Of a DNA stretch of 64,000 nt, positions 1-11,035 are shown one piece after another. Each line of letters begins with the position of its first letter. Position 1 is the stretch's first letter. The DNA is from Azolla caroliniana (Eukaryota; Plantae; Polypodiophyta): assembly GCA_043228905.1 (NCBI GenBank), contig JBHGNT010000015.1, positions 5,952,001-6,016,000 of the forward strand, read 5' to 3'. Position numbers and translations under genes: made by a program. A model generated the notes under the pieces. That model did no database searches. It was not told the DNA's origin and saw nothing but the letters and a program-made list of their open reading frames with translations.

Positions 1-2406
1 CTTTCAAAGGATAATAATGGAAATTTTCGGGGAATATATCCCCGGTTTTATGCAGGTCTTCCTTGACGATTTCGCGGTCTACAGCCGGCACGGAGAGCAT
101 CTCGATCACCTCCGGCTGTGCTTAGAGAAGTGCCGCGAGTACCGGTTGAGTCTGAACCCGGCCAAGTGCGTCTTTGGAGTGGCAAGCGGCAACTTACTAG
201 GGCACGTGGGGAGTAAGGAAGGAATCGTGGTAGATCCGGATAAAGTAAAGGCGATTCTCGAGGCACCGGCACCAAATAACGCAAAGGCTTTAAGCCGGTT
301 CCTGGGCCAAATAAGGTGGCATAGCCGGATGATACGGCACCTCGCAGACTTCGATACACCATTGCATGCCGCCGTACACAGGGTACCCTTCCAATGGGCG
401 GAGACGGAGGAGAAAGCCTACCAAGCGCTGAAGGTTATGCTGTCGCAAGCTCCGGTGGTGCAACCGCCGGATTGGAGTAAAAGCTTTCACGTCTTTGTCG
501 ACGCGTCGGACGTAGCAATCGGCAGCGTTCTGATGCAACTCACGGAGCCGAAATGGTACCGGCCGATGTACTACGCAAGCCAGAAACTCTCAAAAGCCGA
601 ACGGAACTACTCTACGACGGAACGCGAGGCATTAGGAATGGTGTATAGTGTCACAAAGTACAGGCACTATCTACTCGGAAGGAAGTTTTCCTTCCATGTC
701 AACCATTCGGCACTACTCTACCTGGTCTCGAAGGCATCCCTGACGGGAAAAATTGCACGATGAACACTACTGTTACAGGAATTTGAATTCGACATTTTCC
801 ACCGACCTGGGGCGCAGCATGCGGTAGCGGACCACCTAAGCAGACTCGAATCCGGAGAAGCAGGGGACGGCGTACAGGATGAGTTCCCCGACGCCGAGTT
901 GTTCCAGATCACGACGGAACCGGCAACGGATGCAATGGTAGCCGATGAAGACAAGTGGCTAACCGAGATGCATCAGTTCCTGAGCACCGGAGTACCCCCG
1001 GAGAACATGGACCGCGATAAAAGGAAAAGGGTAGCAGTAAGAAGCAGACATTTCTGCTTGGTTGGAGACACCCTCTATCACAAGGGGGCAGATGGCATCT
1101 GGAGACGAGCAGTGCGGAGCGATGAGAAGGATCTAATCCTCAGGGAAGCCCAATGTGGAATTGCCGGCGGGCATTATGCCGGCGACGCAACCGCTCGGAA
1201 AATATGGCAGAGCGGACTGTGGTGGCCCACCACCCTAAAAGATGCCGTGAAGTATAGCAGAGAATGCGATTTGTGTCAACGACTGGGCCAACCCATGGAG
1301 CAGGCCCGGATGCCACACCACCCGGTCTTGCCATTGGAACCGTTTCAAAAGTGGGGTTTGGACTTTGTCGGTTCCTTCAAGCCACCGGCAATGCGAACTG
1401 GAAATCGGTATGTCATAGTGGCGACCGACTATTGCACCAAATGGGTGGAAGCGAAGGCCTTACGGGACAACAGGGCCGCGTCCACGGCAAAGTTCCTGTA
1501 CGAGTGCATATGGTGCTGGTATGGATGCCCGATCGAGCTTATAAGTGAACAAGGAGGACACTTTCTCCGGCAGGTAGTAGAAAGCCTGATGTCATTTTAC
1601 GCGGTGGTACATAAAAGGAGTACTCCCTACTACCCTCAAGCCAATGGACTAGCGGAATCGACGAACAAAACTCTGCAGAACATCCTACGAAAAATCGTCA
1701 ACGAGAACCGGACCGACTGGGATACGAAATTGCAGAGCGCACTATGGGCGTACCGAACAACGTACAAAACTAGCATCCGGACAACCCCGTTCCGACTAGC
1801 ATTCGGCTTAGAAGCGGTCATGCCGGTAGAGTTCCAGATCCCCAGCTTACGGATCCAGGTAAAGGAGCGCTTAAGTGAGAAGGAGTCCGAACGAATCCGG
1901 CTGGCAACGTTGTTGGAATTAGAAGAAAACCGAATAGCCAGCTTACTACAACTCAAACTGGAGCAAAGGAGGAGAAAAGCTTTCGTGGACCGACACTGGC
2001 GTGGCAACAAAAAGGAGTTCGAAGTCGGAAAACCGGTGCTACTGTTCCAGACACGGATGGGGAACATGCTGGGAAAGTTGCGGTTTCGGTGGACCGGACC
2101 GTTCTGGATCACCAAGGAGTACAATGGGTCGTATCAGCTCGGCACGTTGTTTGGAGAAGTCATCGGTAAGTGGGAAAATGGGTTTCGGCTAAAGACGTAT
2201 AAGGGAAATATGCCACCAACCCGTTCAAGCAAGACCCGGAAATCCGGCACGATGAGGAACCGACACCGACAGACGCTGCTGCAGAAATCCGGACCGAGGA
2301 AGAACCGACACCGATACCGACAAAGACTATCCCGGAAAACCGACAGAAGGAGATTCCGGTATCAACGCGAACCGACCCGAACAAATCGGGCGGGACTGGA
2401 AAATGA
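1..2406 (+). pseudogene. Ty3 pol (RT, RNase H, integrase), disrupted
   Basis: FLDD RT motif, VDASD and ERNYSTTEREAL RNase H motifs, zinc-binding GHY..CDLCQ, WGLDF and PQANGLAE integrase motifs. In-frame TGA at 761-763; probable 1-nt frameshift near 2218. Confidence 0.93.
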
Positions 2407-2726
2407 CGTGGTCCAAAAAAAAATAAAAAAATAAAAAAATAATAAAAATCAAAGTAATGATGATGGGGAGATCACAAGAGGTGGGAGCACCACCATGCAA
2501 CGAAGAGGCGCCATGAAGTAAAGGAGGACGTGCGCGTACTTGCTATTTAAAGCATAGAACGTGGGCACCGACGTACGAGGTATTACGCACGCGCGGCAAT
2601 CAAGAGAAGAATTGCTAATAATGACAGGAGATATGCACACGCAGCAACCAAGAAAGGACATGCTAATTATGGCGGGAGATAGACATGCGCGGGAAACGAA
2701 AAAGGGCGGCTCGAGGCAAAAGCCAC

Positions 2727-2733
2727 TATATAA
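2727..2733 (+). promoter_or_regulatory. Putative TATA box for the extra ORF
   Basis: TATATAA about 140 nt upstream of ATG 2870. Confidence 0.4.
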
Positions 2734-2869
2734 GACACAGGCCTGCGAAGGACTTACTTTTTACGAATTTTCCTACACACAGGCGCAAAAGCACAGAAGA
2801 GCGATCCGACGCACAACGCACACACATCCCGATCCCGAACAACAGACAGCAGAAGAAGAATCCGAACCA

Positions 2870-5791
2870 ATGGCACTGTCGGAAGAGGCACGCCAATGGA
2901 TGATAGAGAACGGGTTAGAAGGATTGCTGCGGATCGCCGACGCTCCACCACACGTAGAACCGAAACAGGCGGCAACATCGATTGATTTATCAGAAGTCAC
3001 GGAAGGAGCGGTGTAGGCGCTCACGGGGATAAAAGCAGGAGGATTTCAAACGATTGAAAACCCTTCAAGTCAAATCCTGTTCGAATATTTCGGTGAGTAT
3101 TCCATCAGCAGCAAGGCGTACCGAACACAGGGCAGAGAGAACCTGTTGTTCGGAGAAGTGGCCCGCGCTATGATGGAATACAGATTCGTGAATTCTTGTC
3201 CCCCGGCCATAGCCAGGTACCGGGCAACGTTCCTAATTGCAACGTACGAAGGATTACAAGTGGACTGGCTCCATTTCATAACCGAAGGATTGAAGGAGGC
3301 CATCAAGAACCTTGTGGAAGGAAAAAGGCCATGAGCCGGGATAGCACAATGGCTAACGGTGTTAGTCCCACCGGTGCTCCCCATCAAACAAAAGAAAAGA
3401 GGTCGGCAGGAGATGACGCCGAAAAAGGTCACAAAGCGCCGACATATCCTGGTGAAACACACCCCCGGATGGACCCAAGAAGAAGCAGAACAACATGAGG
3501 AAGGACCATCCCAACAGCAACAGGAACCGGCAACAAAGGCAAAACCGGCAGGAAAAGGCAAAGGAAAACCGGCCGAGGAAGAACCGGTAGCGCTCAAACC
3601 AATCAATATAACGCTGCGACGGCCGGAACCGGAACTAGAGGACTTTATACAAAAGGTCTGTCTGGTAGCCGCACCGGAGGAGGAAGCTGAAGCAGAAGAC
3701 TCATCCGAACCACTGGTAAGACTCCCAGCAAGACAAGGTCGGGAGAGACGGGCGAGAGGACCGGCTCCACCAGTTGACAGAACTCAGCAGAGGGCGCAAG
3801 GACCACCTCCAGTAGCCGGGGCGGAAGCAGTACCGGAACCCGCACCGAGGGAAGCAGTACCGGCACCGGTTTTGCCAGACTTTAGAGAACCGGTCATTCT
3901 AGAGAAGAGGAATGAACAAGCGCCGGAGCCAGAGAAAAGGCCGGAAAAACAGCCTGAGTTAAGGAGTAGAAGTGAGCAATGCTACTCCGACACAGGAAGC
4001 ACAAAGCCACAATGGCTGAGATGGCTTTCGGAGCAGGTATCGGGAGTAGCGGACCAGTTAGAGGAAGAAGAAACGTGTAGGCAACACCTGACGCATACAA
4101 CAACCCAGGAGTTGGTCGCGCTTCGAACACAGATCGAGGAGTTGCAAGGGGAGCTGTTGCAGGCGAGGGAAGGAATTCAACAAGCACAAGTTGTCACCGA
4201 GCCGGTCGGGACAACAAGGAAGCAACCAGAACCGGAATCGGAACCGGTAGCCTTGCAAACTGGCCCTGAGACCGAAAAAATAATAGAAACCTTGCGAGAG
4301 GAGTTAAAAGCTCAGGAGGCATTAAGGGAAAAAGAAAGGGAGCAGCGGAAAGCGGTGGAGGACGACAGACGAAGAATGGAAGAAGGCCTCCGTAAAGGCC
4401 GAGCCACTAATGACCGACTGCAAGAAGAAAAAGAAAAGCTGCAAAAGGAGAAGGACCGACTGCGTCGACAGGCCGAGCAGGAGATAGAGCGACTGCAGGA
4501 AGAACTCCGACAATAGAAGGACCGGGACGACCGGTTAAGAGCTCAGGTAAGCCGACGCTTGAAGCAGAAGACGGAGGACTTCGACCGACTCTACCGAGAT
4601 CACAAGCAGGCCGAGTCAGACAACAAGAAACGGGCAGCAGACTACGACCGGCAAATAGAGAAGCTGAAAGAACAGCTCAAAGAGACCCGATTAGACCTGG
4701 CTAAGACAATGGACGAGGTCAGTGCCAAAAAGGAAGCATTGTCGGCGGAAATAACCCAAGCGACGGAGAGAAGGAAGGAATTAGAGGCGCTAAGGCGGGA
4801 AAAGCTGAATCTGACCAAGATCAGGAATGAAGAAAAGGAAAGATCGACCTTCACGATCAACAAACTGCAAAATGCCTATGAAAAGCAGAAAGCGGATTAC
4901 GAAGCCCAGGCTCAGATAATGGCCGACATTATAAAACGGGCAAGGAAGGAAAAGCAAGAAGCTTATGCGGATGCTAAAGCGGGGGTTGACCGGATCAAGC
5001 TCATCATGTCATGTTGGAGTACCCGAGCTCAGGCAAGCATCAATGAAAGTACGGAAAAGCTATGGAAGGAGTGGTCACAACAGGCAGCCGAGCTGCAGAC
5101 ACTCCGAGCTGATGCCGAGAATCGGAGGAAGACCGATGACAAGTTCTACAAGATGGATGAAGAAAGTATCGTCGCCATTCAGGAAGAATTGTCGGAGGAT
5201 TTCTACGCTTTAGCGGAAGAACATCTCAAAGAAATCCGAGGGTTGGTAGAGAGGTTGGATGACGGGCAGCTCGCAACTCAGTTGGAGTTGGAGAAATACG
5301 AGCAGGACCGGTTACGACAGGAAGCCGAGGGAAGAACGACGCCAATCACTATAAGTGAGGGAGAGCGACCGGCTGAAGCTGAACCAACCGACACCGAACA
5401 ACCCCGACAAGGAATACCCGAAGAAGAACTTCCGTTCGAAGAAAATCAAGAAGAGCAGGTGCAGACCGATGCCGGGGAAGAAGAAGAGCTGAGACCGGAA
5501 AACACCGGAGCAGAGGAAGAAGGCGCACCGAACCGACCAGTCGAGACCGGAGAAAGCGACACTGGTAACAGAACAGAGCCTGGAACGGAGGAAGAACAGG
5601 AAGAACCCGGACAGAGCGGTGAGGAAGCACCGGCACCACAGAATCAAGCAGAGCCGGAGCAACAAATTTTTACGGAACAGCCAACCCAACCGGAGGTCGG
5701 AGACCAGGCAGGCAAGGAATAGGAATTGGAGGAAGAGGCACCACTTGACACATTCGAGCGGAGTTTGCTCGATATTTTGGAGGAAGAATGA
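2870..5791 (+). pseudogene. Additional 3' ORF of element 1 (~970 codons): globular N-terminus, basic NLS-like patch, long coiled coil, acidic tail
   Basis: ORFs 2561-3016, 3146-3334, 3359-4516 and 4559-5722 share one frame, separated only by single stops (3014 TAG, 3332 TGA, 4514 TAG, 5720 TAG); frame closes at TGA 5789-5791. Confidence 0.8.
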
Positions 5792-6230
5792 GGCCGGGAG
5801 TGGATTCGAAGTGCAAGGCACTTTCCCACGGGCGTGCCATGTGTTGGCCGGTCAGAAGAGCAAGGACAAGTGGAAAGGCGGAGTCGGATCGGATAATAGG
5901 AAGTAAATAATAGTATATTTATTATTCGGAGGGACGGATTCGGTACAGTTGTACCGATCCGGATCCGGACCGATTCGAATGCCGGTTGCCTAAGCGCACC
6001 GATTGTAACCTTGCCGGATGCCTATAAAAGGATCCGATGATTTGTAAATGCTTTATGGAAGTAATACAATTATACTTATTGCGTGTTTATCTTTGTCTTT
6101 GTATTGTTTTACCATCTGTGCTTAGTGTAATCATCTTACGCGTGTAACCTAGCATCCAATCCTTACCACCCCTTTGGAGAAGTGTCGGATAGACACCTGT
6201 GTTGAGGCTAGTCCGGCCAGGCAGACGACA

Positions 6231-8717
6231 CCGTTGGCATTATACTTCACCTTATATACCCACTTACAACCGATCGGTTTACATTGGTGGGGAGGGTCAA
6301 CCAGGTCCCATGTGTTGTTGGCATTGAGAGGCCGCATTTCTTCCTCCATAGCGGCACGGTAGTGCACGTCTTTCGTCTCTTCCGTGTAGCTTTCTGGCTC
6401 ACGCACTTTCACCACTTTCGTCATGTACGCATACTAATACACCATGTACTCATTATATCCATTACTTTTGACGGGGTTCGTCTAGCGGGTCGATTGGCGT
6501 AACTTTGTGTTCGCCAATTGCAAGGCCCTCTTGGCCGACTCAGACTTCATTCCCAAAGGTCCGTCTTCGTTCCATCCAAAGTCGAATTCACTCCGATCTG
6601 ACTTGTCTCTACCGGTGGCGTATTCTGACATCTTCTTCTTCCCCTTTTTCTTGCGTGTGAACCGTTTCCTCGGTTCCTTAAACGGGGAGAGCACAATTGA
6701 GTCTTTGTTGCACGCCGGCTCATCATCTTGTTGGTCCTTGCCACTCAGCGCTTCATTCGGCCCGCTCAGCTGAAATGAGATCGGACTCTCATCTAGAGTA
6801 CCGAAGTCTTCTTCTTCTTCTACCCGGATCATTTCGGGCTCACTGGCCCCATCCTCGTGGGCTAACACCTTATCCCCAATTTGGTTTTGGATGTAGACAA
6901 CTGCCTTGACTGCCTCAACCCAGTAGAATTTGGGCATGCTTTTCTCTGCAAGCATTGCCCTTGTCATCTCGACAATTGACCGACTGGTTCTTCCTTTTGG
7001 CCACACCGTTTTGTTCTGGTGTGTATCTGCAATTGAATTCTCTCCGAATTCCATTTGTTGCAGGTAACTGTTGAATTGACCAGAAAAATATTCTTTTCCA
7101 CCATCCGACCGTAGGCACTTGATCTTCCTCTCCATTTCCCGTTCAACGAGACTTTGCAGGTTCCGGAAATAGTCGAAGACTTCGCTTTCTTCTCGATGAG
7201 GTAGATCCACGTGTGCCGGTTGTAGTTGTCGATGAAAGGGACGAAATATTAGCTCTCGCCAAGACTAACGTTTTGTGTCGGTCCCCATATATCCGAACGT
7301 ATTAGATCGATCTTGTTACGGCTCCGGTTTCATTTGGTGGGGAATGGAAGCCGGCGGTGCTTCCCAAGCTTGCATGCTTCACAAATTTGGGCCTTTCGGC
7401 CAGTAAATTTCGGCAATCCGAAAACAACTTGTTTCAATTGCAAGTCCTGAAGCCTCATGTAGTTGACGTGGTCGATCTGCTTGTGGCACAGGTCAATATC
7501 CGATTCGACCTTCTATCCTTTTGCGAACATAGCGGTGCCTACGTCGTTGGTGTCGAAGATAAACATCCTCCCGTCCCAGCACCCTTGCGCAATTATCCGG
7601 CCCTCTTCCTCAATGAAGCACTTAAGGTGCGTAAACTCCACTTGCATCCTCTGGTCAACAATCTGCCCCACTGACACCAGGTTCTTTGTGATTGTCAGAA
7701 CATGTAGTACGTTCATAAGCTTTCCCTTTTGTCCGATATGGCTTAAAGGGAGTTCTCCGACATGCACAATCGGGCGAGGAGTGTCATCTCCGATTTCGAC
7801 AACTCTAGGTTGCTCTGGCTTTTCCAGAAATGAGAACCACTCTTTGTGGCTCATCATGTGGTTAGATGCTCCGGAGTCAACATACCATACTTCCTCCGAT
7901 CCGGAAGTGGTCTTCTTCATTGAGTTCGCCTTGTGCTTCATCACGAAGGTTGGCCCTTGTCCGGTCTTTCCGGTTCAGGATCCTTCCCATCCTTCGGTGT
8001 AGTGTGAGCATTGCAAGTTCCCCTGTCCAACCTTGCCAAATTCGGATTTTTCCGAATCGGCACGCTTCTTCCAGCACTCGCTTTTTAGGTGGCCTTTCTT
8101 GTCACAATACCAGCATTCCCTGTTGGCCTTTCCTTGCTAGTTTTCGGCGCCGCTTTGACTTCCTCTACTAGTGGAGGGTTCAGAACTACCGTCGGCACTA
8201 TCTTTGTGCCTCCAATTCTGCTCTTGTCGGCCACCTGCATTGCGTGCTGATCCACCTCATCTTCCATGCCCACGGGGCCGATCCACCTCTGTGTATAGCA
8301 TCTGGCTGTCCGATTGAGTGGTCCTTGACCCACTCGCGTGGTTTTCTTCGACCATGAGCATCAATTGCAGGTCAAAGAAGGACAGTGGTTTCTCCCGGGT
8401 GCAAATCGATGTCCGGATTGGCCCATACCGTTGTTCTAGACCACCAAGGAAGATCTGGACCATCTTGTCCTCATCCACCATCACGTTGATGGAACCGGGT
8501 GCGTCGCAGATCTCCTTAATCTTGGTGGTGTAGTCGGTCACCGACATGTCCCGTTGCCAAATACTATTGAGCTCTTTCCGGAGTTGCAACTTCAAAGCCG
8601 TGGTACTTGCCGCGAAAATCTTCTAGAGATTTTCCCAGGCCTCCTTCGGTGACTTTGCGTCTTTGATGCAGCCTAGCATTTGGTCGTGCAGGACGCGAAG
8701 CAATATAGCACTCTGCT
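6231..8717 (-). mobile_element. Ty1/Copia fragment E (gag, protease, integrase, start of RT), decayed; same family as F
   Basis: LQLRKELNSI gag, WYVDSGASNHM protease, LRSDGGKEY integrase, [14 protein letters not shown]; cut by element 1 on one side and element B on the other. Confidence 0.9.
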
Positions 8718-9152
8718 TGTCATTAATACATAAACATCATGACTTCACATGGGCTTGAACTCAAGACCTTGTAATACATAATCAAGAACCCAACCATTAA
8801 GATAGCCTATGTTCATATGGATGATAAAAGCTACTTCTTGTAATACATTGATTATTGTAATTACTCTAAAACATTCTAGAACATTCTAGAATATCCTAGA
8901 ACATCTTAGAATATCCTAGAACATCTTAGAATATTCTAGGTCTAGAACATTATAGAAATCTCTAGCCTGTTCTATACATGTATTCTCAAATCAATTCGAA
9001 TCAACACCAGTCTTAAGCTCTCATTGCCTATCTTGTATCCATTCTCATTCTACTTTAATACATTCATTCTTCTCTTATCATTTCATTTCTCTCTTCTTGT
9101 GATCTCTTTATATCTTTCTTCTTTCACTCTATCTTTTGTCTTGGTTCTGATA
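8718..9152 (+). repeat. 5' LTR of element B (3' boundary approximate)
   Basis: First ~180 nt align with 21149-21330. Confidence 0.75.
8871..8950. promoter_or_regulatory. Heat-shock-element-like 10-bp tandem array in LTR B
   Basis: TTCTAGAACATTCTAGAA (perfect alternating nTTCn/nGAAn) followed by degenerate 10-bp units; repeated at 21303-21329. Confidence 0.7.
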
Positions 9153-10155
9153 GTTTGATTCGAGTTTCTCTCTCTCCTTTATCCTCCTCTATAAACATCA
9201 CAAAACCATGACTACCATCAACTCAGAAGAATATCTCACCCTTGTTGTTGAAATGGAGAATCTTAAATCGAAGTTCGCATCTCTTGAATTAGAGAATCAA
9301 CGTCTTCTTGGAGATCTACAAAAGGTTACTGTGGAGACGCAACAACAACAAGAGGAGTTTACGTGACAGGTGCAACAACTAGAGTCAACGATTGTAATTT
9401 TACAAAAACAAAGGGGCTAAGGTCAAGGAATTATCAAGGAGCCCAAAATCAGCCTCCCCGGTAAATTTGATGGTTCGAGGGCGCATTTTCGAGGTTTCTT
9501 GAATCAAGTGCGGTTGGTAATTCAAATGCATCCCACACGTTATCCAACAGATGCATCTCGAGTCGGGTTAGTGGGCACCTTATTGAATGGCATAACGTTG
9601 TCGTGGTTTGCTCCATTATTAGAGACAAATTCTCCTCTACTCCATAATTTCGAGGAATTTGTCAAAGAATTTAAGCCTTGCTTTGGAGATACAGATGGGG
9701 CAAGAACAACGATCAACAAGATTCATACACTACATCAAGGTGATCATCTAGCATTGACATATGCAGCCAATTTTCTTCTCATCACAAGCGATATTCCATG
9801 GGATGAACAAGCCCTAATGGAGCAGTTTCATTCCGGTCTTCATAGCGATGTAAAAGACTTACTTCCTACATTCCCCGATGATCCAAAATCTCTTATAAAA
9901 GCTATTAGTCGAGCAATACGGTGCGATAATCTTCTTTTTGAGCATCGATGTGAACGACAACAAAAAATAACAAGATCAAGATTCACACCAACTTATGCAT
10001 CAGTAATGGCGCAGTCATCTCCAAGGCAAACATATAGCCCTGCTCCAACTCCAAGGCAACCACGTAGTCCAGCCCCAATGGATAGGCCTACACCCATGGA
10101 GATCGATATGACCCAACGACGATGACTGTTGTTGGATGAAGAGAAACAACGACGT

Positions 10156-10997
10156 TGTCGTAGTGTAGGTTGCACACTATGTGGAAATTATATTTTTGTC
10201 CCTCCGGATAAAGAATGGAGTGCTCGGTGAGAACCGGAAGAAAACGGCATACCGGCAAGGAGGAAAACGGCATACCGGCAAGGAGGAAAAACGGCATACC
10301 GGCAAGGAGGAAAACGGCATACCGGCAAGGAAGAGCCGGATAAAGAGACATAAATGTAAAAAAAAAAGAAAGAAATACTCACTACTGCGCAGGGCGTGAT
10401 TCAAACCCTGCACCTCCACGTTGACAAACCCCAACCTTACCATTACATTAACTTATCTTAAGTGTTTTAAATATAGATTTAATAAGTATAAGACCTTTAT
10501 TTATGCATACCTTTATTAAAAGGTAAATCGTGTATTTTTTTAATATATGAAAAAGAAAAACGCGAGACACTAAAAATAACTCATGCACATCTAGCGTGCA
10601 TGAGCCCTATACTTAGGAAATAAAAAAGCATCACATGCACATTTTAGTGGACATGAACACTTTTTGTAAAAAAAAAAAAAAAGCATGAAGCCATGCTTAG
10701 CTCTTCTTTCCTTATATAAGAAGGAGAGAAATATGTAAAGGGTTGTTGATTATTGGGATTAAGGATTAATTAATACAAAAATTATTCGTGGGATTCACGA
10801 TTTATACATCTACTTCTCTCTTAACACCCTAAGTACCAATTAATATAGTATACTAGTGTGATTCACGAGTTTCTTATCTTTCTCTTTGCTATTTACTCAT
10901 AATTACTCTCTATCTCACGAACTTCTTTTCTCCTAGTCCAAGACCTCTGTGGTTCCCACCCGACTCACGCAACGATCCGGAGCCGAAAGGCACGACA
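10156..10997 (+). repeat. A1 5' LTR (842 bp; 4 copies of a 23-24 bp repeat)
   Basis: Near-identical to 16665-17530. Confidence 0.97.
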
Positions 10998-11001
10998 CAG
11001 T

Positions 11002-11019
11002 TGGTGAACCCGACGTGAA
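11002..11019 (+). promoter_or_regulatory. Primer-binding site, tRNA-Trp
   Basis: TGGTGAACCCGACGTGAA complements the 3' end of plant cytosolic tRNA-Trp as I recall it (..UUCACGUCGGGUUCACCA). Confidence 0.85.
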
Positions 11020-11035
11020 GACGGGTGGCAAGGAG

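Larger units (their letters stand above)
1..6230 (+). mobile_element. Ty3/Gypsy LTR retrotransposon (element 1), 3' part; 5' end outside the window
   Basis: RT-RNaseH-integrase order, long extra ORF, LTR-like AT-rich end with TATA (cctataaaag ~6021) ending ...GACGACA at 6230, directly abutting an interrupted Copia RT. Confidence 0.9.

Noticed and set aside
2870-5791. env gene
   Set aside because: No signal peptide or transmembrane segment visible.
10245-10331. LTR tandem repeats (also 62974-63120) as CRISPR arrays
   Set aside because: Head-to-tail units with no unique spacers, no cas genes, eukaryotic context.
10949-11035. Gag starting at GTG 10949
   Set aside because: Lies in the LTR/PBS; ATG 11036 is the plausible start.
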